From assembly GCA_026936335.1 (NCBI GenBank), contig JAPMXV010000006.1, forward strand, positions 310,001 through 374,000: a stretch of 64,000 nucleotides of DNA, in the 5' to 3' direction. Source of the DNA: Mantamonas sphyraenae STR306 (lineage: Eukaryota; Protista; CRuMs). The notes below the pieces were generated by a model. It was not told where the DNA came from and ran no database searches. It was given only the letters and a program-made list of their open reading frames with translations. The position numbers and the translations under genes are program-made. Below, piece by piece: positions 45,842-56,095 of this stretch; position 1 is the stretch's first letter; the number at the start of each line of letters is the position of its first letter.

Positions 45842-46445
45842 ATGACGACGCCGTTTGAAGAGCGGCTTCTGCTGGTTGTGATGGGGGGTGGGGGCGTGGG
45901 AAAGTCCTCGCTGGTGCTTCGACAGGTGGAGAACAGGTTCTACGACGAGTTTGATCCGACGATCGAGGATTTCTATACGACAGAGTGTATTGTGAAGGAC
46001 GAGCTGGGGTCAATCAGCGTTTACTTGAACATTTTCGACACTGCAGGCCAAGCAGACACAGCAAGCCTGAGGTATTGGGACGTGTACCTGAAGAAGGCAG
46101 ACGCATACATGTTCTTGTTTCAATAGCACGAGCGAGGACTCGTTGGAAACGGCGCGCGTTCTTATGGCCTCACTGGAACGACTGATGGGTGTAGAGGCAG
46201 CAAAGCTGCCTGTGGTGGTGGTAGAGACCAAGATTGATCTGCAGGAGTATCGGCAAGTGGATGAAAAGAGTGGGGAGGCGCTTGCGGAGGAGTGGGGCGC
46301 TACGCTGGTGCGGACGAGTGCAAAGGAAGGCACAAACGTGCAGGAAGCGTTTGACGAGGCGGCTGTGCTGGCGTTAAAGACACGGAGGGCATCGCTGGAC
46401 AAGAGGGAGAGTGCCAAGAGGAGGGAGGTATGTGTGGTGGCGTGA
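45842..46445 (+). CDS. Divergent intronless Ras-like GTPase (frame break ~46120)
   Basis: GGGGVGKS, FDPTIED, DTAGQ, TKID, SAK, CaaX CVVA; the two halves are one base out of frame. Confidence 0.8.
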
Positions 46446-46473
46446 AAACCGGGGGGGAGTGGGGATTTTTTGA

Positions 46474-47484
46474 TCACGCTCGGCTGCGCTTTCGGTCGTG
46501 TTTGCTGCTTGCGGGGGAGTCGTCGAGGGATGAAGAGTCGGCGTTTCGCTTCTTGGAGTGTTTGGGCTTTTTCTTGGAGGTGGATTTGTCCTTGGGGGCC
46601 TTGGGGTTGGTGTTGGTGGTTTTTGGTGTTTTCGTCTTTGAGGAGGAGGAGGAGGGGGTGGAGGTGGAGGTGGTGGATGAGGATGATGATGAGGTGGTGG
46701 AGGTAGGGGTGGGGGTGGGGGTGTCGGTGTCGGTGGTGTTCTTGTTGCGCTTCTTCCTGCGGCCGCGCTTGTGCTTGCGCCGTGGCGTGTCTGCAGAGGA
46801 AGAGTCGGCATTGGGGTTGGAGGAGGAGGAAGAGGAGGAGAACGCAGGCGCAGATGCATCGTCGTGGTCGTGGTCGTCGTCGTCAACTTGCTGGGAGGCG
46901 TCGATGAGGACGGCTTCGTCTCCGTACTTTGCTCGGATGCGGTCTTGGTGCTTCTTGCCTGTAAAGTGGCGGTGGGCATCGTCGACAGAGTAGAGGCCGA
47001 CACCAGGGCATTCGCCGCAAGCGAGGCTCTCGCCGTAGGGCAGCTGGGCAAAGGCCTCGCGCAACTGGGTGCGCAGCGGAGTGTCCATGAGCTTCTGTGT
47101 AAGCAGCTGGGCCTGGGCCTTGGTGAGTGAGGCGACGTCCTGTACGCCTGGGACGACGTTGTTGGCGCGCAGGTCGGCCAGGTCGTCGGCTTGCTGCTCG
47201 CGGATTGCGTCCGCGACGAGCTCGCGCATTTTGTCGGCGTCCAACGCCTGCTCCTTGCTCTGGACGCGATCGAGAAGAGCACGGAAGAGGCGGTTTTGTT
47301 TGTTGTCTGGCAGGGCGTCGTCACTGTCGTCGCCACTGTCGTCCGCGTGGTCGTCGCCGTTGTCGTCGTGCGAGTCGTCGTCGCTTGAGTCGTCACTGCT
47401 GTCGGCGTCGCTGTCCATGACGTCATCCTCGTCCTCCTCGCCACCCAGCATGCCGGCGCGCACCTTTTGCATTCGTTTGTACAT
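46474..47484 (-). CDS. Matrin/U1-type C2H2 zinc finger protein with basic C-terminal tail
   Basis: CGEC...HFTGKKH motif; acidic N-terminus, K/R-rich tail. Confidence 0.7.
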   Translation of the reverse strand: MYKRMQKVRAGMLGGEEDEDDVMDSDADSSDDSSDDDSHDDNGDDHADDSGDDSDDALPDNKQNRLFRALLDRVQSKEQALDADKMRELVADAIREQQADDLADLRANNVVPGVQDVASLTKAQAQLLTQKLMDTPLRTQLREAFAQLPYGESLACGECPGVGLYSVDDAHRHFTGKKHQDRIRAKYGDEAVLIDASQQVDDDDHDHDDASAPAFSSSSSSSNPNADSSSADTPRRKHKRGRRKKRNKNTTDTDTPTPTPTSTTSSSSSSTTSTSTPSSSSSKTKTPKTTNTNPKAPKDKSTSKKKPKHSKKRNADSSSLDDSPASSKHDRKRSRA

Positions 47485-47703
47485 TGTGGGTTGGGACGGT
47501 GGGTGGTGGATGCGCAGGCGCAGGCAGCAAGAAACGCCGACTCGAACCGACACTTTTCCTGCCACCCCCCAAGCTACCGTTCAACCCCCTTTCCCCTTTT
47601 GCTTGCTTTTGTTCACGGAGAATCGTGAGGACGACCAAGCAAACGACATAGAGACGAACCCGAACGCGACCCCTATCAAGAACCCACCGACACACACGAC
47701 GCA

Positions 47704-48465
47704 ATGTTTGGCAACAAGCAGACCCTCGCGTTGATTGTATGCATGCTGGCCATGCTCTGCACCGTGGTGAACGCCGTCAACCTGGCAGGCGCTCCCGCGG
47801 AGCTGACTGTGGAGAGCAGCGTGCCCCAGGCAGATGCCAACGGGTAAGTTTTCTGCAGGGGGGAGAGATGGCGAAATGGAGGGAAAAAAAAGGCCCTCTG
47901 GAGCAGAGACGGATTTTGGTCCCGCGCAGGCGATGGAGGAGCCGGTGTGCCATCGGATGGTTGTGGACATGGGCAAAGGGCGTGTGGGCAGAGGATGCGA
48001 GGAGGCAGGAGGGCGCAGAGGCAGTGGATGGGCAGCTAACACGGAGGGTAACTCGGGGCACACAGGGCAACGAACCGAAACACCCTTGCCGAGACTCGTG
48101 GCGTTGCCGCTGAGCAGGAGCAGGTGGAGGAAGAACCGGCCAAGGAGCTGGAGACGCCCGCCACCGAGAGTGCTGCTGCTGAGGAGAGCAACGTGGACGA
48201 GCCCGAGCAGGCAGAGCCGACGGAAGTGATGGACCTGGCGGACGACGAAAGCGCGTTTCACGACGTGAGCAACTCGTCGGAGGATGAGGAGGAGGAGGAC
48301 GAGGACAACAGCGACGATTCAGACGACGAGGAACAGGACTGGGACTCGTTGCACATGGCGCTGGACATGTCGTCGACCGAGGACAGCGACAGCGATGCGG
48401 ACGCGTCGTTTGGCATGCTCGATGCAGAATTTGCAGAGGCTGCCGAACACGTGCACGCGCTGTAA
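47704..48465 (+). CDS. Secreted highly acidic protein, 2 exons
   Basis: Signal peptide MFGNKQTLALIVCMLAMLCTVVNA; donor GTAAGT at ~47844; second exon from ~48124 is D/E-rich. Confidence 0.6.
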
Positions 48466-48517
48466 GCTGCCCCCCTTCATCATGGCGGGCAATCATCACC
48501 TTTCCCATGGCTTTTTG

Positions 48518-48715
48518 CCACCCCGGCCACCCCATAGGCCCACGCACTCTGCCGGGACGACAACAGCATGTGCGAACAAACGCGCGTGCTGGGGCCGTCG
48601 CCCACCCAGGCCAAACTGGGTTGGGAGCAGGCGCAATGGAGGCATCCAGCCCTCGTTGTTGCTTCCTGCTTCCCACGGGCGACGGTTTGAGCGTCTGCAA
48701 GCGTAGCCAGGGTGG
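48518..48715. other. ~200-nt highly base-paired intergenic element (candidate ncRNA)
   Basis: Nested stems CCACCCCGGC/GCCAGGGTGG, CAGCATGTGCG/CGCGCGTGCTG, CCGTCGCCC/GGGCGACGG, TGGGAGCAGG/CCTGCTTCCCA. Confidence 0.45.
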
Positions 48716-48766
48716 ACGGAATCAGAAAATGAACAACACTTAGAAATTGCAAACCCCTATTCTGTA

Positions 48767-49306
48767 TTACGACTCGTGGCATGAGGCGCCGACCTCGGCC
48801 TCGTCCACAGGAAGGTTGTTGTGGAAGAAGAAGAAGCCTACGCCCGAAGCGAGCATGATCACGAGGAAGATGCCGAGGTTGTAGGTCATGACGAGGAGCA
48901 TGATGAGGTAGTTAAAGGTGAACGAGAGGGTCCAGGTGGCGGCTCGGATGAGCTGCTGGCGGGCCGAGTAGCGCGTGGCGCGCTTGGCAGAGACGGTCAG
49001 CGGTGTTTCCATGTTGGTCTGGTCGCTTCCAGCCGGCTTGTCGAAGCGGCGCTTCCATGCAGAGAACCATTGGTTGAAGAGACAAAACGCAAAGATGGCC
49101 AGCAGCGAGGCCAGGTAGCCGCCGTATTCGGTGGTCTTCCACGACTTGAAGAGCATGGTCACTCTGTGTGGGGGCGAGGGAGAAAAAGCAAAGCAAGGTC
49201 AGTCCACGCAAGCGGGTGAATCGCGGGCATGGAGCTCCATGCATGGAACGCACTTGGGGCTGTCGTAGAAATACATCTGCATCATCATCATCATGTCGTC
49301 CTTCAT
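48767..49306 (-). CDS. Ctr (SLC31) copper transporter, 2 exons
   Basis: Met-rich N-terminus MMMMMQMYF, LF..W motif, MxxxM (YLIMLLVMTYN), 3 TMs, C-terminal CH. Confidence 0.95.
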
Positions 49307-49409
49307 GGTGGCTGAGCGGGCAGGCAACGTTTGGCTGGTCGGACGGGTGGACGAAGCGCAAGGCGCCCCCAGCGTGGGCAAGCAAACATCACACGGGGCT
49401 CAGAGGCGG

Positions 49410-51419
49410 ATGAGCAAGAGGAAACAGGCGGTGTTGGAGCTGGTGACATCGGGCTCGGAGGACATCGAGGAGTTTGAGGCGGACAGGGACGGAGACGTAG
49501 AGCCGAGGTCGATGGAGGCGCAGACGAAGCAGCAGCTGACGTGGGTGGACAAATACGCACCGTCACACCCGTCTCAATTGGCCATGCATCCAAAGAAGCT
49601 GGACCAGGTGCGGCAGTGGCTAAAGATGGCACTGGGGGAATTTGAAGTTCGAGGAGCGCGCGCGTACAGCAAGGCGCTGTTGCTCACGGGCCCCAGTGGG
49701 TGTGCAAAGACGGCGGCGGTGCGTGTGCTTGCGCGGGAGTTGGATCTGGAGCTGTGCGAGTGGACGAGTCCGACGCAGAACGGTTGGACGGACGTGGACG
49801 GGTTGCCGCGGGCGGGAGAGTACAGCTCGCCGCTGCAGGGGTTCTCGGACTTTTTGGTGCGCAGCACACGGTACGCATCGTTGCCTGGTCTTGCACACAC
49901 GGCAGGTGACGGCGCGGGAGAAGGATCGGTCTCGGGCGGGGCTGGGAGAGCCAAAAACGGAGTTCCTGAGAAGGTGACGGATCGGCAGCGGAAACTGCTG
50001 TTGGTGGAGGACATCCCGCTGCTGTGGACCAGCGAGCAGAAGGAACAGTTCCACGCGTTGGTGAGCGAGTTTCTACGCGACGGCCTGTGCCCTCTGGTGA
50101 TTATTATTAGTGACGAAGCGACGCACGGGAGCAACACGCGGTCGCGGTACCTGAGCGAGGAGATCCTGTCGTCGCCGTACATGGCGTACGTGACGTGCAA
50201 CGCCATCGCAAAAACGATTCTGACCAAGACTCTGAAGTACGTGGCGACGTGCGAGCAGATGTACCGAGCAGTAAGCCGTGGGTCGCCACTGACGGTGGCT
50301 GCGCTGGAGCTGGTGGCCGAGAGCTCGGGCGGAGATGTTCGCCATGCAATCAACACATTGCAATTCTTTTGCGTGGGAGGGTCGAGCATGTCGCGCAAGT
50401 CGCTGCGGGAGCTGAATCGGACGGCGGCGCTGGTGAAGGGAGCGGCGAAGAAGGGCAAGGGAAACAAGAAACGCAAGGCGGTGGACATGTACAGTGTGGA
50501 TGCACAGGGGGACCGGGACGACGACGGAGAGCGCGTGGACAGCAGCGGAGTGGTGGGGACGCGTGAAATGTCGCTGGACTTGTTCCGGGCGCTGGGCAAG
50601 TTTCTGTATCCGAAACGGCGTGAGGAAGGAGATGCATTGAGTGCAACGACGTTGGATGAGCTGGAGCCGAGCCCATCGATCTTTTCGCCTGCATCGCTGG
50701 GCGAGGAGCAGGCGACGAGGTTTGTCTCGCCCGTGGGCGGCCGTGTGTGGCGGTACGAGTCGCCGTACCCTGCGCAGAGGCTGGGGAACCCGGAACAGAA
50801 GCTGTTGGTAGCGCCAGAGGTGGTGCTGCACAATGTGCCGATGGACCTGGAGACGTTTTCGCTGTTTCTGCAGGAGAACTACGTGGAGCACTTTTCAGAC
50901 ATTGAGCAGGTGGCAGAGGCGGCACAGTTGCAAAGCGATGCACAGGCCATGTGTGCGTACCGAAGCGCAGACTATGTGCAAGTGCAAGGGAGCCATTTGC
51001 GAGACATTGCGGCGAGCGTGGCTGCGCGTGGGATTGTGTTTACAAACAGGGCGCCTGCGACGCCAGAGTTTCGCAGTGTACGTGGACCAGGGTTCTTTGC
51101 GCTTCGGCAGAATCAGGCAGAGCTGGGCTCGCTGGTGGGGACGGTGTTTGAAGAGGAGCGGGCAGTGCACACTCAGGCGACACTGTGCACGGAATTGCTG
51201 CCGCTGATGGCCAAGTGCAAGACAGGGGATCGAAGTGTACGTCAGCAGCAGCTGCTGGCACGAGTGGGACGGCTGCCGGAGGTGATGGGACACCGTGCGC
51301 GGCGGATCGAGTGGCAGTCGAGCGGACGTGGAGCGGTGGCGGCTGCAGAGACGGTGGGATGGAAGCGACAGCGTGTGGAAGAGCTGGAAGAGGAGATTGA
51401 AGAGGATGAAGAGGGGTGA
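49410..51419 (+). CDS. RAD17: Checkpoint clamp loader RAD17/Rad24
   Basis: WVDKYAP..LAMHPKK..VRQWL, LLLTGPSGCAKT, LLVEDIP, GDVRHAINTLQF, LFRALGKFLYPKR. Confidence 0.95.
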   Translation: MSKRKQAVLELVTSGSEDIEEFEADRDGDVEPRSMEAQTKQQLTWVDKYAPSHPSQLAMHPKKLDQVRQWLKMALGEFEVRGARAYSKALLLTGPSGCAKTAAVRVLARELDLELCEWTSPTQNGWTDVDGLPRAGEYSSPLQGFSDFLVRSTRYASLPGLAHTAGDGAGEGSVSGGAGRAKNGVPEKVTDRQRKLLLVEDIPLLWTSEQKEQFHALVSEFLRDGLCPLVIIISDEATHGSNTRSRYLSEEILSSPYMAYVTCNAIAKTILTKTLKYVATCEQMYRAVSRGSPLTVAALELVAESSGGDVRHAINTLQFFCVGGSSMSRKSLRELNRTAALVKGAAKKGKGNKKRKAVDMYSVDAQGDRDDDGERVDSSGVVGTREMSLDLFRALGKFLYPKRREEGDALSATTLDELEPSPSIFSPASLGEEQATRFVSPVGGRVWRYESPYPAQRLGNPEQKLLVAPEVVLHNVPMDLETFSLFLQENYVEHFSDIEQVAEAAQLQSDAQAMCAYRSADYVQVQGSHLRDIAASVAARGIVFTNRAPATPEFRSVRGPGFFALRQNQAELGSLVGTVFEEERAVHTQATLCTELLPLMAKCKTGDRSVRQQQLLARVGRLPEVMGHRARRIEWQSSGRGAVAAAETVGWKRQRVEELEEEIEEDEEG

Positions 51420-51437
51420 GGTGCGTGGCGGGAGGCA

Positions 51438-52969
51438 ATGGATTCGGTCAGTGACGACTCGGTGTTCTTTGAGGAGGCAGAGCGAGGGATCACTGAAGAA
51501 ACGATAGCGGAGCAAGAGCGAGTGGCACGTGTGCTGTTTGGAGTGTTTGTGTGCATCTTACTTGTGATATGGACGTTTTGGCGGCAAAAGGGCGACTTGA
51601 TCCGCAACACGCTGGGGCGGCCGACGCGGGTGCGAGAGCGAGAGAGAGAGCGAGAGCGAGAGCACGCCGAGTAGAGCAGGTGCGGCGTGTGGACAGGACA
51701 GGACACATGCGTGCGATGCAAAGGACGCTGGAACGGCTGTTTGGGCGCGGGCGGAGGGCGGAATGGCCTCTGAAGGTGCTGGAGGGGGAGTCGCTGAGCG
51801 ATGATGTGGAGGAGGTGGTGGGGTTTGTGGAACGGGAGAGTGTCGGGTGGAAGCTGTTGCAGCAGAGCGTGTGGGCACAACACGATGGCGTTGGGACAGG
51901 GCTGGGCGAGCTTGTGTGCGCGGTGAACACGTTGTGCGGAGGGTTTGCACGTGTGCAACACGGCGTGCGTGCGTGGCCGGTGCACCGTACGTTGGCCAGG
52001 GTGAGGGAGGAGCTGCGCGAGCGGGTGGGGCGTATGAGCGTGCGGGTGGAGGAGGTTGTGAGCAACCAAGTGCGTGTGCCGGAGCGGTACCGAGGGCTGG
52101 TGGCGCTGGCTGCGGCGTGTGACGTGGATAGCAGGCACGTGTATGTACATACGTTGGGCAAAGAAGGCCAGGAGGCGAGCTGCGTGTTGAAGAACAGCGT
52201 CGGGCTGGAGATACGCGCTGGGCGAGTGCAAAGTGTCGGGGAAGCGGTGCCGCGCGCAGGGACAGCACAGGAGTGGGCAGAGAGGCGTAAAGACGGAGCG
52301 GATGGAGGCAAGACATGGCGTGTGTTGTTTGTGCAGGACGGGCGGGGCTTGAGAGAGTTGCAGGTGGAGGTGGAGGCGGTGGTTGTGAGTGGACAAGTGG
52401 ATGCAGCGGAGGCAGAGGAGATGTGGGATGAACGCAGAGTGCTTGTGCTGGACAACGTAAAGTACGATGCAATGCAGGCGTGGGCGCGCATGGTGGGCTG
52501 TTGGCCTGTGGAGAGGGCGCGTGATGGAGAAGAGGAAGATGTTGGGCGAGCGGTACACCGTGCGGTGTTGGTACGGGATGAGACACTGTGGGTGACGGTG
52601 GAGGTGGAAGGAGGGCGGGTAGAGTGCGCAAGTGTGCTGCTGTGCCACCGACTGGGGTGGATGGTAAACGGGCAGCGACGCGCGTTCCGGCAACTGCAGC
52701 GGCTAGGACTGCGCAGGCGGGTTGTGCGGGACGTGGGCAAAGCGTACGCGCAATTGGCAGAGGAGTTGCGGGTGTGGGGAAAGGCGCTGGTGGGGGAAGG
52801 GGCGCTGGCGGTGGACGGGGTGGTGTGGGCGTTGGAGGCCCTGAGCAGCGGGAGCGGGCGCGACGAGGGCTGGGTGGACGCAGAAGGGGTGGAGAGAGGA
52901 CTGGAAGCAGCGTTGCGGTTGGTTGGGGCGTTGTGGAGGGTGGAGTGGATGGTGACGTCGAGCGCCTGA
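51438..52969 (+). CDS. Hypothetical protein with N-terminal TM (frame break in (AG)n tract ~51640)
   Basis: ORF 51438-51674 (TM) overlaps ORF 51551-52969 at a dinucleotide repeat. Confidence 0.55.
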
Positions 52970-52988
52970 GCGCTGGGTGAGGGAAAGA

Positions 52989-54284
52989 ATGGACGAGTTT
53001 TTTGATGCCATTGAAGATGGGGATTTGGGGACAGTGGAGGCAATGGTGGAGAAGGGAGCAGATGTGCATGGGGTGAGGGCAGGCGGGTGGACGGCGTTGA
53101 TGGTGGCCGCAAGGGAAGGGCAGGTGGAGGTGTTGGAGTGGTTGCTTGATCGAGGTGTGGATGTCCATGCTCGCACGGAAACAGCGCTGTGGACGGCATT
53201 GATGATTGGGGCAATGGAGGGGCATGTCAAGGTTGTGGAGAGGTTGGTCGGGGCAGGGTCGCAGCTGGAGGCGAGGAGCAGGCAGGGGAAAACGGCGTTG
53301 CTGGTGGCTGCAGCACAGGGCAGGGCAGGTGTGGTTGCGGCGTTGGTGGGCCACGGTGCACGTTTGGAAGCGCAGGACGCAGACGGGAAGACGGCATTGG
53401 TGGCAGGTGTGCGGTCTGTGGAGGTGACGAGAGTGTTGGTGGAGAATGGGGCGGAGGTTGGGACGGCGGCAGCGGCAGCGGCGGCGGTGAATGGGTTTGT
53501 GGCGTCGTTGGAGGTGTTGGTTGGTGCAGGGGCGGATGTGTGGCTGGCTGTGATGGCTGCAGTGGACTATGCGCGGAGCGAGGTGGTGCGGGAGGTGGTG
53601 GAGTGGGGGATTGGGAGGAATATGGACGTGAACCGGGTGGATGAGGAGAGAGGAAGGACGCTGCTTTTGGCAGCAGCACGTGTGGGCGAGGCAGCGTCGA
53701 TGGAGATGCTGCTGGAGGCTGGAGCAGATTGTGGGGTGCGGGATGCGAGGGGGAACACGGCGCTGCATCTGGCTGTGGATGCAGACAAGGGAGCACAGGG
53801 GCCGCTGGTGCTGCTGAGGTATGGGGCAGAAGTGGATGCAAAGAACAAGGCGAGGTTCACGCCGCTGGCGCGGGCGGTGATGTTCCAGAGCTTGGCGTGC
53901 ACGAGAGCGTTGGTGGAAGCCGGCGCGGATCTGGAGGTGCACATGGACGGCCTGGGGCGCACACCGTTGATGTATGCCGCGAGGCAGTGGAGGAGTGAGG
54001 TGGTGTGCGAGCTGGTGGAGGCCGGGGCGAACGTGCAGGTGCGAGATGTGAACGGGGTCACGCCGCTCATCGCGAGCTGCGGAACAGGGTGCACGGTCAA
54101 GACAGAGAGGCTTTTGCGTGCTGGCGCGGACGTGTTTGTGTGTGGAGATGATGGGAGGACGGCGCTGGATGTTGCTGTGGAGAGTGGGAATTTGGAGCGG
54201 GTGTGGCTGTTGGTGGACAGCGGGGCGGATGTGAACTCGGTGAGGGATCGGAGGGAGTTGATGGAGGAGTTGGGAGGGGGATGA
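52989..54284 (+). CDS. Ankyrin repeat protein
   Basis: About 12 G-TAL..AA..G...V..LL..GAD repeats. Confidence 0.93.
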   Translation: MDEFFDAIEDGDLGTVEAMVEKGADVHGVRAGGWTALMVAAREGQVEVLEWLLDRGVDVHARTETALWTALMIGAMEGHVKVVERLVGAGSQLEARSRQGKTALLVAAAQGRAGVVAALVGHGARLEAQDADGKTALVAGVRSVEVTRVLVENGAEVGTAAAAAAAVNGFVASLEVLVGAGADVWLAVMAAVDYARSEVVREVVEWGIGRNMDVNRVDEERGRTLLLAAARVGEAASMEMLLEAGADCGVRDARGNTALHLAVDADKGAQGPLVLLRYGAEVDAKNKARFTPLARAVMFQSLACTRALVEAGADLEVHMDGLGRTPLMYAARQWRSEVVCELVEAGANVQVRDVNGVTPLIASCGTGCTVKTERLLRAGADVFVCGDDGRTALDVAVESGNLERVWLLVDSGADVNSVRDRRELMEELGGG

Positions 54285-54375
54285 GAGGGGGTGGGTGTGT
54301 GGGGGAGGGGGTTGGGGGGAGGAAGGAGTGGGAGGGAGTGCGCCGGGAAGTCCACAAGAAAGGAGTCATCCAACA

Positions 54376-56054
54376 ATGAGTACACGCGTGTGTTCCACCT
54401 GCAATTTGCAGACGATCATCCCCAACGACTGTCAGTTTCAGGGAAGATGCCATTTTGGCCCGGGCCGGTGCTGGAATCACCATCACAGTTTCCCGACGAC
54501 TACGGTGCGCAAGACAGCGGCAATGGGAGGCAATTCCACACATCCACGTTTGATACTGGCGCGTATCGACTGCATCGACATGAGCGCAACCAAGGAGGTG
54601 GGTTGCGATGGAGCGTGTGACGTTTCCCTCCGATTCTTGCTAACGACGACTGCACACGCACAACTGCACGCACACACGGACAGCGAGTGGTCCCTCAGGG
54701 TCGTCCTCCAGCTCGAGCACCGGTGGCTCATCTAACAGCACGGAAGGTGACGTGGGGATCAAGATGAGGGCCATGCAGTTCCACGGGGAGTTGCGCGTGG
54801 AGCAAAAGGTGGATTTGATGCTGGAAGCGATTCTGCGCGGCGTTGTGGGACCTCTGGCGGCATCGCTGCTGATTGACCACGGGGATCTGACGTGGGACAT
54901 CAAAGGAGCCTACAGTGGCACGGATGCCACACACCCAAAGCCCAATCAAAGCATGCCTGTGGAGCGGAAGAACCGGTTTGTGGCAGCGTACCAGCGGTGG
55001 GAGGAAGACGGAAAGCCAGCGGACGTGTTTCCGTACGTGAGGGATCTCATGGACATCCTTCTGGCGTGTGACATTCTGTGGCAGGCGGGGATCAGCGATG
55101 GGGATATCGATGAGTACGGACTTGTGTGTGGTCGGTGCCTGAAGCGACTTGGCGTGTGGCAACATGAGGAGGACTGTGCGCCACATCCGCAGGGATGGTG
55201 TGACTGTGGTGAACAATGGACATGCACCAACAGCAGGTGTCGCAAACACAATGGTGGAGACTGTCCATGCGAGGCGGATGGTGTGGAGCGGTGCCATTGC
55301 GCGTGGAAGCATCCGCAGCTGGTGTTGCATCGCAGCGTGTGGATGGCAGTTAAGGATCTCCGCACAAAGACACAGGGGCATGTGACGGATCTTTCAGACG
55401 TGGGGTGGAGATGCAAGGGCTGTGGAATGCGTTGAAGCAGGAGGTGTTCAACGCAAGGGAGGGAACGGCGATGTACGAGCTGGTGAGCCATCCAGAGAGC
55501 AAACACACCCATGGCGAGTGTTGGAAGGGATTGAGCAGCAGCACAGGGGAGGCGTCGACAGGAAGCAAGACATGGTGCAAGCAGTGTGTGTGGCTGATGG
55601 CCAGTGGGATGCAGGAACTGGTCAGACCGAGTAGTGATGATGACGGGGGGCACAAGTACATCGATGTGGTGCGTACGGGAAAGTATGTGGTGGAGCATCC
55701 ACACCAACCACTGGTGGTGTACGAGGGCACAGAGAAGAGTCTGCTGGAGGTGATGGAGGATGTGACCACGGAGGAGCTGCACCCGTGCATGCGGGAGCTG
55801 GTGAAGGGACAGAAGTCGGTCAAAAGAGTGGCCAAGGAGCTGGAGTGGATGGTGGAAGTGGACAGCGCGGGCCAGTTGACGCAGGTCCAGGTGCAGCCGA
55901 AACGAACCCGGCTGCTGGATGAGGTCCTGCCAGAGGCTGGGTTTCCTGAGGCGTGTGCAGTGGTGTCGTGGAATGGCACGCGTTCAGAGGTGGTCGAGTG
56001 TGTGAGTGGGCTCACTGTGGAGCTGGGGACGTCCTTGTCGCCGTCGTCGTCGTC

Positions 56055-56095
<41 letters not shown>

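Noticed and set aside
8238-51419. DNA-repair/cell-cycle cluster (RAD18, CDC14, CENP-C, RAD17)
   Set aside because: Interspersed with unrelated genes; plausible by chance at this gene density.
41154-53942. Long antisense ORFs (e.g. 41154-43493, 51490-53214, 51558-53942)
   Set aside because: Shadows of GC-rich, G-skewed sense genes; Pro/His/Ser-rich with no motifs.
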